IMG/VR virus record: IMGVR_UViG_3300002138_000152
DNA from: an uncultured virus (IMG/VR IMGVR_UViG_3300002138_000152)
Lineage: Duplodnaviria; Heunggongvirae; Uroviricota; Caudoviricetes
Length of the DNA: 64,000 nt
Reading direction: 5' to 3' (one strand)
The first letter of the stretch is position 1. Every line of letters starts with the position of its first letter. The notes under the pieces are model-generated. The model was not told the DNA's origin. It saw nothing but the letters and a program-made list of their open reading frames with translations, and made no database searches. Below, one piece after another: positions 38,443-47,475 of this stretch. A program made the position numbers and the translations under genes.

Positions 38443-39247
38443 AAATAACATACAGCAATGTTTAATAACGGTTATGTCCGAAAGGACCTGTGTGTGAGCT
38501 GTCATCTGAAAAGACACGTATTGTAAATGGGATTGAGTAGATAACTCATTAAACGCTTGGAACCGTCCTGAATTACTTTACGTTATAAGAACTTAGTAAG
38601 TAGCATATCATGCAGTGATTGAATTAGCAAGCAGACAGATTGACTTATCATTAGTCTGAAATTCTTGCATGTTATTTGAACAAAAGATTTCTTACAGCAA
38701 ATATTCGTTTAAGCATCCTTATAGCTCGTGGTCGTAGGTTCGATTCCTGCTCTCGCAACAAATTAAAAAATAAATTGCGAGATAGCTCAGTGGTAGAGCA
38801 CGTAATAACAAAAACAGAAATCTGATAAGATTAGTTACAGCAAACAAAACAAACATCAAACTTTTACTTTGAACACGTTTAAAAACTCTAATCTGATAAG
38901 AAGTGTAACAGCAAAATCCTTTATGGTAAAAAATTTGACTCAAACTCAAAAATAGATGGTTCAAATCCGTCAGCTCGCCGGAGCATAAACGTCAACACTT
39001 CTGTACAAAGTCACTTACAGCAATTTTATAACACTGATTTTCTAACTCAATATGTTTAAAATGTGACTTGAAAAAAGAGCACTTACAGCAAACTTAAAAC
39101 TTTACTTTTTTTGGATAAAAGACGGGCAGGTTCGATTCCTGCGGTGCGCGAACACTCTCGGTGCGGATAAACTACACTGTGCTCTGATAAGGATACTTTC
39201 AGCAAATTAAAAAAATTTCATTTGGAGAAAAAACAATATGTATCCTG
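38443..39247 (+). ncRNA. array of seven stem-closed CAGCAA-motif RNAs with tRNA-derived payloads (Y-RNA-like)
   Basis: units 38443-38678, 38685-38824, 38828-38895, 38899-39003, 39008-39070, 39076-39186, 39190-39247; each is a 7-9 bp arm, CAGCAA, payload, complementary arm, G. Confidence 0.85.
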
Positions 39248-39320
39248 AATTATTTGTACCAATTATGCTTACTGCATAGTCAAAGAAAAACGACTAAATC
39301 CTGAGACGGAAATAGTTAAT

Positions 39321-39352
39321 AAAAAAGGCCAGTCAAATTGACTGGCCTTTTT
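39321..39352. terminator. bidirectional terminator after RNA array
   Basis: AAAAAGGCCAGTCA-AAT-TGACTGGCCTTTTT. Confidence 0.85.
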
Positions 39353-39501
39353 CTATTTCTTTAATTTTGCAATACTAAAATTAGAATCAAGTCTGACTCG
39401 ATTAGTACTTGGCTTCCATTTTATGGTTGGCGTAAATTCTATTCTTTTAGGTAATTCTGGTTTACCTGAAGAATCTTTATAAGAAATAAAAACTTGTGCC
39501 A

Positions 39502-40086
39502 TTATTTAATATACTCTTCTTTAATAAGAGTATAAGTAAATGAATTCCCCCACTTGTCTCTAGCTTTTCTACAGATCGTCATGAATTCATTAAAATCCTT
39601 GATTCGTTTGAAAACAGAACAACCAGCTGACCAATTTTCAACTACTGATGAATCAACCCCACCTTTGTGAATGTTAATTCCAAAGAGACCTTTCTCTATA
39701 GAATTCTCATCATAGATATTGTCTTTGTTACCATCACGGTATACAGCAACTTCTTTTTGTTGACACAATGCTTCATATTTACCTTGGTGTAAACCAATAC
39801 GGTGTGAACCTCTGTATTGTCCTGGTACCAATCTTGCACACCCTTTTGAGCTTAACAATTTCTTAAACATGTAAAATGATCCTGGATCGGTTGTGTTATT
39901 CCAGATATAAAATTGCCATACACCATCAACTTTGAATGATACAGTAATGTAATCATCAAATAGATTTGTAACTTTATTTCCTTTTGTTCTAACTGCTACG
40001 ATGTTAATATCGTAATCCCCACCTTCAAACCATTTATAACCTTTAGCTTTAACAGCTGTTTCAATTTGTTCTCTTGTATACTTCAT
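39502..40086 (-). CDS. L,D-transpeptidase-like cell-wall enzyme, candidate lysin
   Basis: TTDPG, GINIH..NWSAGC (H..SxGC); ATATATA box upstream. Confidence 0.55.
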   Translation of the reverse strand: MKYTREQIETAVKAKGYKWFEGGDYDINIVAVRTKGNKVTNLFDDYITVSFKVDGVWQFYIWNNTTDPGSFYMFKKLLSSKGCARLVPGQYRGSHRIGLHQGKYEALCQQKEVAVYRDGNKDNIYDENSIEKGLFGINIHKGGVDSSVVENWSAGCSVFKRIKDFNEFMTICRKARDKWGNSFTYTLIKEEYIK

Positions 40087-40135
40087 TTCTGTCGTTACTT
40101 TTATTTTTATATATTTATATTCGTATATTTGTAGA

Positions 40136-40882
40136 ATGAGAGCACCAAAAGCGTTTTTAGAAAAATGTGGCAAGGAATGGTTTGACGATTACGTCTACCT
40201 TGCACGTCAACCACTTGAAGATCGTGGATTCGAGATCGTACCCTTTGATGGGACGTTCCTGGATGACTTTATTGAACGAACTGTATTTGGACCTGACGAT
40301 GTGCTTGTGGGCTCCGTAGAAGCAACGATTGCCTTCTGGAAAGCGTTAGGTTTTAAAGTTCCACGTTATATTGGATATCCAGTTGAATTTGAGAATGCTC
40401 TTTCACGTGCAATTACGATTTGCACATTTGAAGATATGGATTTAGAATTTCCATGTTTTATCAAACCTGCAAAAGATGTAAAGTTGTTTACAGGGTTTGT
40501 GATAGAAGACAAAAAATCATACAAACAGTTACACCTCACTTGTCCTGAATTAAAACCCGAAACAGTAGTTTATATTTCAGAAGTCATTGATTTTAAAAGT
40601 GAATACAGATGTTTTGTTCATAAAGGTAAATTAGTTGGTATCAAGCATTATGCAGGTAACTATCGTTTGTTTCCAGATATGGATTGGTTAGAAGAAGTTC
40701 TTGCTATAACATGGAAGCAAATGCCTGTTTCCTATACATTAGATATTGGTATAGATGATGGTCTGATGTACTTGGTTGAAATTAATGATTTCTGGGCTAT
40801 TGGTGGATATGGATTAGATGGTAAGACTTATGTCAGAATGCTTGTCGATCGTTTTCAGGAAATTAAATACAATAACATATAG
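40136..40882 (+). CDS. ATP-grasp protein (DUF4343/R2K-like)
   Basis: FIKPAKDVKLFTG, SEYRCFV, YTLDIG, LVEIND. Confidence 0.8.
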   Translation: MRAPKAFLEKCGKEWFDDYVYLARQPLEDRGFEIVPFDGTFLDDFIERTVFGPDDVLVGSVEATIAFWKALGFKVPRYIGYPVEFENALSRAITICTFEDMDLEFPCFIKPAKDVKLFTGFVIEDKKSYKQLHLTCPELKPETVVYISEVIDFKSEYRCFVHKGKLVGIKHYAGNYRLFPDMDWLEEVLAITWKQMPVSYTLDIGIDDGLMYLVEINDFWAIGGYGLDGKTYVRMLVDRFQEIKYNNI

Positions 40883-41459
40883 TTTTTATCATTATTTTTC
40901 TGTATATTTGTAAAAAATTATTTAAACAACATGAAAAAATTAATTCTATTTATTTTTGGCGTTTTTTTGTATATTCGTAAAAACAAATTATGAAACAGTC
41001 AGTTAAACTAGATGAATTTTCTGTTATGCTTACATATAAATGGACATGTCCAAATTGTCAACATCAAAATAATAGTCAATGTAATGTAAGTCCATATAGA
41101 ATTATTGCAGAAAATGGAACGTATGATTGCTGTAAAAAATGCGACGAAGGACATGATTTAACTTTTTACAATGAAGATTGATTGGAATTTTAATACCGAA
41201 GATTGGTGTTTTGAGTGTTCATCTGGATTTGCTGGATATCGCAATACAATAACAGACGAGTGGATCTATTCAAAAGATTATAATGATCGTATTAATATTT
41301 TAAATGAATTTAAAGCATTTAAAAAGATGCTTGAAGAAATGAATTACTATGAGGCATTCTCTAGTATGTTTATATCTTTATTTCAACCTCAAGATGAGGT
41401 TGCTGAAATAGAATTTATGAAATTCAAAGAATTTGGATTTTCAATTTATAAAGAAGGTA

Positions 41460-42194
41460 ATGATTAACTACACATATCAGGTATTTGGTTCACCATCATC
41501 ACAAGACATTGATGTTATGGTTTTTGTTGATGAACTTCGGTCTATTGACGACAACCATACACTTATCAAAGAACTCAATGTATATTTTGAAAACTTTGTA
41601 TCTGATGCATGTTTTGATGGTCGTAAAGTGAATGCAAACCTTGCTGTGTTGAAAGATGGTAAAATTATAGAGGTGTTTAAAGGTACTGCGGATGAGTGTA
41701 ACAACTCTTTGATGGATACGTACCAATTTCATCACCAAGCACATCCAAACCATGTTACAGCACGTTATGATCGATTTGATGAGTACTATCACATCAAATT
41801 AAAAAGAGTTGCTCGATTCATTATGTCATTCTTTTCACGTGAACCTGAATTGCGGCCATTGATCAAATCTGCACTACGTGGTGACATATTAGAACGTCTT
41901 GAGACGTTACGTCATATTGATTTTACAAAGTACAACACATTTCCTGGAAAGAAAGAGAAGCATGAAGATATCTACAAGGTATTAGCATTTCAATTTGCAC
42001 AGGTTTTTGGCCTTGCTAATCACCAGGAGATTTATACAAAAGAAGATGCAGCAATTCAATTTCCTGTATTGTATGGAGTGCTTGCACGTAAACCAATAAC
42101 AGTAGAGGATATTGAATACCTTAACATCTATTTACAGAAATTTATCATCATTGCTGCACTTGAAATGAACAGCATGGAATCACGTTACGAATAA
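41460..42194 (+). CDS. nucleotidyltransferase-like protein
   Basis: VFGSPSSQDIDVMVFV. Confidence 0.65.
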   Translation: MINYTYQVFGSPSSQDIDVMVFVDELRSIDDNHTLIKELNVYFENFVSDACFDGRKVNANLAVLKDGKIIEVFKGTADECNNSLMDTYQFHHQAHPNHVTARYDRFDEYYHIKLKRVARFIMSFFSREPELRPLIKSALRGDILERLETLRHIDFTKYNTFPGKKEKHEDIYKVLAFQFAQVFGLANHQEIYTKEDAAIQFPVLYGVLARKPITVEDIEYLNIYLQKFIIIAALEMNSMESRYE

Positions 42195-42202
42195 ACTAAA
42201 AT

Positions 42203-43273
42203 ATGAAAATACAAACACATAAAAGATTTGTTCTTCCTGGAGACAAATTCAAATCAACACGTGAAACAAAACATTTTCATCGTGATTCAACTTATGAAGT
42301 AAGTGCATGTTACAGCGGTGCTGACGCCATTGTTATAATGATCCGTGATAAGAATGGATATGATGTACCAATTCAATCTTTCGATTATGATTTTGAACCA
42401 ACAGCTGCAACAGCAAAAGCAATGGATTTACGTCAATCACGAGCATTGTTGGACTTTTATTGGGAAAACCCAAATACATCATTCATGTTGATACCAGGTC
42501 ATTTTTATGATTGGACCAGCAACACACAATTTGATTTATCAAGAGCACATTTTATTGGTGATGATAAATGTCTTGCACAGATTCGTCCATTTAAGCGTGA
42601 TCCAGAAGTCAATCGTTATGAGTACGATGATGCAAATTCAAAACGCATTTATAACAAAGATGAGTTCTATGCATACTTTGAAAAATTACCGCGTTATGAT
42701 TACGATTTTAAAATTATTGGAATGCATGGTGAGGCAATGCGCTCTCTTGCATTCTTAGTGTTTAAGAACGCGCAGAATTTTCCAAACTATGATTTCAATT
42801 TAATAAACGTTCCACCAAATGGAATCATAGATTATGAAGATTTGCATCGACTACCACACCGTGATACAGATATGACATTTGATGATTTGTTGAAACTTGC
42901 TGCTGAAACGTTTGATACACCAGTTGATCAGAATGTCAAAGATATTGTTTACGACATCATGGAAGCGTTTGAACTTCTTCCTAAATCGTTTGGATGTACA
43001 GCTGTTACAAAGTTGCTTAAAAGCGGCGGAAAAGCTAAAAACAAAACTGTAGAGCATCTTGCTGCAAAATATCCTAACGCTTTGAAACAAGGGTCAATGT
43101 TTGAACTTGTCAATACTGTTGATTCGTTCTTACATGCAAAAGATGTGTTCAAAACAAAAGAAGAATACGGGTCAGGAAAAGATGATGAATGGCGTGGTGC
43201 TTTTGAATTCATCGGAAATAAGTACATCGATCATGCATTACTACTTACATACAAGAATGCATGTAAAGCATAA
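42203..43273 (+). CDS. hypothetical protein
   Basis: 356-aa ORF. Confidence 0.7.
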   Translation: MKIQTHKRFVLPGDKFKSTRETKHFHRDSTYEVSACYSGADAIVIMIRDKNGYDVPIQSFDYDFEPTAATAKAMDLRQSRALLDFYWENPNTSFMLIPGHFYDWTSNTQFDLSRAHFIGDDKCLAQIRPFKRDPEVNRYEYDDANSKRIYNKDEFYAYFEKLPRYDYDFKIIGMHGEAMRSLAFLVFKNAQNFPNYDFNLINVPPNGIIDYEDLHRLPHRDTDMTFDDLLKLAAETFDTPVDQNVKDIVYDIMEAFELLPKSFGCTAVTKLLKSGGKAKNKTVEHLAAKYPNALKQGSMFELVNTVDSFLHAKDVFKTKEEYGSGKDDEWRGAFEFIGNKYIDHALLLTYKNACKA

Positions 43274-43360
43274 ATAATAAAATACCAAAATATTTTTGAA
43301 CCGGTGCATTTTGTACCGGTTTTTTTATTATATTCGTATCGTTCAATTAATAATTAGAAT

Positions 43361-43633
43361 ATGAAAGATCTCACAACATTATACGACAAACTAGTTATTC
43401 AACTCGAAAAGAAAAACGTTCCAGCTCGTATTAAACTGACGGATTGTGAAATTGTTGTTGAATGTGGTTTTGATTATCCTGATCGTCTTGCTGATAAAAT
43501 TTTTACAGTTATTGAAAAATTGACAGGTAATCCAAATTCAAATATCATTTCTGTATGCGCTGAACAAAGCGGTAGTACAGTAATCAAAAAACAAAATATC
43601 TGTGGTGGTCCAAAAAGATATTCACGTTATTAA
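43361..43633 (+). CDS. hypothetical protein
   Basis: 90-aa ORF after TATATTCG box. Confidence 0.6.
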   Translation: MKDLTTLYDKLVIQLEKKNVPARIKLTDCEIVVECGFDYPDRLADKIFTVIEKLTGNPNSNIISVCAEQSGSTVIKKQNICGGPKRYSRY

Positions 43634-43644
43634 ATTAAGAAATT

Positions 43645-44805
43645 ATGCCATTAGAAATACAAACATTACTTCGTCTACATGGATTACAACATGTTAAAGA
43701 TTATCTTAAACTTGATGTTAAAGAGAAAGACAATCTTGTTCTTTTGAAATACCGTCAATTAGATGCAGACTGGACTAAAACAGCATTGTATGATTGTCGA
43801 GGTATTATTCTTGATCGCACTAATGCAGACTGGAATATAGTTTCTTTTCCATATAATAAGTTCTTCAACATTGGTGAAGGATATTGTGCTAAGATTGATT
43901 GGGACACTGCAAAATTCTATGAAAAAGCTGATGGATCTTTGATCAATATTTATTTCTACAATGGTATTTGGAATGTACAGACATCCGGAACAATTGATGG
44001 TTTATTTCGAACAAGTGGCGGTGAAATGACTTTTGCTGAACTCTTTTGGTTTTCCGTAAAAGAAATGTATTCATCTGTTGAAAACTTCATTGCTCGTCTT
44101 GACGTAAATAACAATTACATGTTTGAGCTTTGTACTCCTTACAATATTGTTGTTACACAACATAATGATTTTACTGTCAAATTACATGGTGTTCGTAATA
44201 TGCAAACACTTAAGTATGTCGATATCGAAACAATTGATCTTGTACGAGTAAAGACTTACGATTTGAAACATGTGGACGATATGATTGCACAATTCGAAGA
44301 TATGTCTTGGCAAGAAGAAGGTTTCGTTGTATGTGATGCAAACTTCAACCGTGCAAAATGTAAGAACCCAAAATATGTTGCAGTTCATCACGTTGCGACC
44401 GGTGTGAGTCCTTATGCAATCATGAACGTTATCAAGACAAACGAGATTGATGAGTACCTTGTGTATTTCACTGCTCGTGAAGAAGAACTTCGTGAATTGA
44501 TGCGCAAATGGAAAGCAGAAGAAGCTATGCTTACTGAGTTGTATAACAAAGTGTATATTGAGAATCTTAACGTGTATGAAGAAAAATCACGTATTCCACG
44601 TGAAGGTGTTACTGAAACAGATGTTCTACGAAGTGCAGAGCTCAACAAAGAGTTTGCAATGCGTGTTCGTGAACATGTTCCAAAAGTATACCATGGTGTA
44701 ATGTTTGCACTTCGAAACAAATCTATTGCATCTATTCACGAAGGGATGTGTACATTCTCCGATGGATATTGGTTTACCAAATTTAACGGTCCATTGAAAA
44801 AATAA
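43645..44805 (+). CDS. RNA ligase, T4 Rnl1-like
   Basis: CRGIIL, PYNKFFNIGE, EKADGSL (motif I), FEL..NIVV, EEGFVV, KCKNPKY. Confidence 0.9.
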   Translation: MPLEIQTLLRLHGLQHVKDYLKLDVKEKDNLVLLKYRQLDADWTKTALYDCRGIILDRTNADWNIVSFPYNKFFNIGEGYCAKIDWDTAKFYEKADGSLINIYFYNGIWNVQTSGTIDGLFRTSGGEMTFAELFWFSVKEMYSSVENFIARLDVNNNYMFELCTPYNIVVTQHNDFTVKLHGVRNMQTLKYVDIETIDLVRVKTYDLKHVDDMIAQFEDMSWQEEGFVVCDANFNRAKCKNPKYVAVHHVATGVSPYAIMNVIKTNEIDEYLVYFTAREEELRELMRKWKAEEAMLTELYNKVYIENLNVYEEKSRIPREGVTETDVLRSAELNKEFAMRVREHVPKVYHGVMFALRNKSIASIHEGMCTFSDGYWFTKFNGPLKK

Positions 44806-44904
44806 CTAGAAAGCGGTACTCTGTATCGCTTTTTTTATTATATTCGTATCGATCAATTAATAAACAAACAAGTATGTTAAAAAAAATATGATTGGAATGA
44901 AATA

Positions 44905-45294
44905 ATGAAAAATGTTGCATCAATTAATGCAACACACAACGATAACATATTATATCGTGATTATTCATACACAATTAAATATTTATTAAATGGTGGTTAT
45001 TTTGGTAACAATGATTTTAAATTATCAAGATTAACAATGACCGCTGAAAATTTAAGTTTGCGTATTAATGAATATTTAAAAGCTATCAAAAAAATGACAC
45101 GATTAAATTGGATAGATGCTCGAACTAAATTTAGATTAGGCAAGAATGTTTTTATATTGGTGAATAATGAATATTTACAATTAACAGAAGCTGAATACTG
45201 GAATCGACATACTCACGGGTTTCTTTTTGCCACCCGAGAATTTAGAAAAAAAAATAAAATTAAAAAATGTTTTTTTTATGAAAAAAGTAATTAA
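44905..45294 (+). CDS. hypothetical protein
   Basis: 129-aa ORF. Confidence 0.5.
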   Translation: MKNVASINATHNDNILYRDYSYTIKYLLNGGYFGNNDFKLSRLTMTAENLSLRINEYLKAIKKMTRLNWIDARTKFRLGKNVFILVNNEYLQLTEAEYWNRHTHGFLFATREFRKKNKIKKCFFYEKSN

Positions 45295-45721
45295 CAAAGG
45301 ATATACGTTGACAGTTGATTCATATGAAAATGATGGTGATAATTCTAGAACCATGTCTATGACTGTTGATACAAAAGAAGAAGCACAAGCTATTCATTTG
45401 ATGTGTACAACATTGTTCCAATCAAAAAATTCCAACTATAACGGAAATGAAATTGGCATTGGAAACATGATGAAAGAAGATTATGATGAAGCTTTAGAAT
45501 TTATTATACCATTCATGAAAGAACATCCAATCTTACTTGAAAAGTACAAAGATGATTTAGATATCCTCGATTATGAGAATGATGATAAATTAGTTGAAAT
45601 TTGTCGAGAATACAATTACGACTTGATGGGTGGTTCTGAATGGTACTTTTCACGAGTATGTGAGTCGTGTACTGTAACTTACTCAGCAGAAGATGTCTTT
45701 TTAGAAGAAATCAATTTTTAA
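45278..45721 (+). CDS. hypothetical phage protein
   Basis: SYENDGDN..RVCES motif. Confidence 0.65.
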   Translation: MKKVINKGYTLTVDSYENDGDNSRTMSMTVDTKEEAQAIHLMCTTLFQSKNSNYNGNEIGIGNMMKEDYDEALEFIIPFMKEHPILLEKYKDDLDILDYENDDKLVEICREYNYDLMGGSEWYFSRVCESCTVTYSAEDVFLEEINF

Positions 45722-45724
45722 GAT

Positions 45725-46144
45725 ATGAATCAGTACAATCGATTGCTGTTGTATACAGCAAATGAGATCTTTTTAATCTCATCTTACATGAGAAATTATG
45801 TAATTGATAATCAAGAAACACTTAGTGCTGTTGATGGTTACAATATCGGATTTGCTCAATGTCATTTGAATGTTGTTGTTGACATGTTAAATGCTCGTCG
45901 TTTGAATGAAGAAGCAACAGATCCTCGACTCTTGGTTCAGTTTGTTTCTTCAATGAAACAATATCCAAACCTATTAACCGCATGTATGGATAACTATGAT
46001 GCTGGTATGCAAATGATTGATGACGAAATTCGTGACAAACTTGCTAAAACATTTTATTCAGAGAGCGGAAGACTTCCAAGTTTTAAATTGACACAAGAAT
46101 ATAAAGATTCACTTATGGAGATTGATCTGCAATTAAATGATTAA
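45725..46144 (+). CDS. hypothetical protein
   Basis: 139-aa ORF. Confidence 0.6.
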   Translation: MNQYNRLLLYTANEIFLISSYMRNYVIDNQETLSAVDGYNIGFAQCHLNVVVDMLNARRLNEEATDPRLLVQFVSSMKQYPNLLTACMDNYDAGMQMIDDEIRDKLAKTFYSESGRLPSFKLTQEYKDSLMEIDLQLND

Positions 46145-46146
46145 TT

Positions 46147-46344
46147 ATGGAAGGTTTTAAAGATCCACAACTAGAAGGCATTTATGTAAAAAGATGCAAA
46201 TGTGGCAGTCGTCCATATCTTGATCGTATCTTTGGTCATGGTATTTATTGGTTGAAATGTAGTAACTGTGATAAAACATCTGAAAGCGGTAATAACATAA
46301 ATACTGCTGTAGATAATTGGAATAACAACAAATTGACATATTAA
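46147..46344 (+). CDS. Lar-like zinc-ribbon protein
   Basis: CKCG..CSNC..AVDNWN. Confidence 0.55.
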   Translation: MEGFKDPQLEGIYVKRCKCGSRPYLDRIFGHGIYWLKCSNCDKTSESGNNINTAVDNWNNNKLTY

Positions 46345-46347
46345 ATT

Positions 46348-46800
46348 ATGAGTATCTACCACAATTTAGAAGCAATGACTCAACTTGCTTTACACGAAGC
46401 AAGAGAACACAACTGTAATTACAATGTGATCCTATTCAATCCTGATGAGAATGGTGAATTTTCTGCAGAACGAGGTTCTACATACGAAATGGTTGCAGAC
46501 TCTTATTTTGAGAAGCCGCGACCAAATGTGAAGCTTATCACTACAACAGGTGAAATAATGCTTCAGGAAGCGCGTGAGGCTATTGAAAATGGAATTGTAT
46601 CTATTGAAACTGACGGATTTCCTATTCATGAACTACTTGATTCAAAATACATGGATTTCAAAGAATCTGCACACATCAGTAAACTAATGGAAGAAATGCC
46701 TCCACGAATTCCACAGTATGTTCGTTCAGAACGTAAGGTTGGAAACAACGAAACCTGTCCGTGTGGAAGTGGTGCAAAGTACAAAAGATGCTGTAAATAA
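46348..46800 (+). CDS. SEC-C motif protein
   Basis: KVGNNETCPCGSGAKYKRCC. Confidence 0.85.
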   Translation: MSIYHNLEAMTQLALHEAREHNCNYNVILFNPDENGEFSAERGSTYEMVADSYFEKPRPNVKLITTTGEIMLQEAREAIENGIVSIETDGFPIHELLDSKYMDFKESAHISKLMEEMPPRIPQYVRSERKVGNNETCPCGSGAKYKRCCK

Positions 46801-47330
46801 TGGGATGTCAATTGGAAGAGAAAGATTTAATCCTTGCTGATCTGCAACAAGAGAAACCATTTGTTATTTATCTTGATATTGATGGTGTGCTTGTCTCTTA
46901 TATGGAGTTACATTCCTGGCATGAAGATGGACATCACAACTTCAAAGCAACAGCAGTAGACGCATTAAATCAACTCATTGCGATGTTTGATGCTGAGATC
47001 TGTATTGTATCTTCTTGGGTGTCATTTTTTAAAAGTGACGAAGATTGGCTTGCATTCTTGCAATCACGTGGAGTAATTGTAAATCGTGTTACACGTGGCC
47101 AATCACATAATAGACCTGAGTTTGTTATTGAAAGAAGAAAAGAAGGTTATAAAAGATTTCTTATTATTGATGATGAAGCACTTTTCTATATTACAAGGTA
47201 TAAAGAGATTGGATATAACAGAATTATAGCAACAAATCCTGTACGTTGTTTAGATGAATCTGATGTACTTTGGACAGCTAGACAGTTTAGTCGTATATCC
47301 AATCCAGATTATCCAAAATATCAATCCTGA
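46800..47330 (+). CDS. HAD domain protein (RNA-repair-associated HAD_SAK-like)
   Basis: YLDIDGVL, IVSSW, FLIIDDE. Confidence 0.75.
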   Translation: MGCQLEEKDLILADLQQEKPFVIYLDIDGVLVSYMELHSWHEDGHHNFKATAVDALNQLIAMFDAEICIVSSWVSFFKSDEDWLAFLQSRGVIVNRVTRGQSHNRPEFVIERRKEGYKRFLIIDDEALFYITRYKEIGYNRIIATNPVRCLDESDVLWTARQFSRISNPDYPKYQS

Positions 47331-47475
47331 AATGTAACGTAGTAAATTTTCTTCCATTCATCTATTGGAAGTTGTTTGCGTCCAGCAAAATATTCAACAG
47401 CCTCAGCTTCATGTGAAGCTGAGCACTGATCAATCTTTTCGTTTGAGGTCTTCTGTCTACAAGTGAAAATCATAA

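Noticed and set aside
38719..38964. 81-aa minus-strand ORF
   Set aside because: Antisense shadow of the structured RNA array with no protein-like features
38443..39247. CRISPR array
   Set aside because: Only a 6-9 nt motif is constant, unit lengths range from 58 to 236 nt, and no cas gene is visible
47398..47429. Hairpin CTCAGCTTCA-TG-TGAAGCTGAG as ncRNA
   Set aside because: Lies in a plausible 50-codon minus-strand ORF (MIFTCRQK...) continuing the helicase operon
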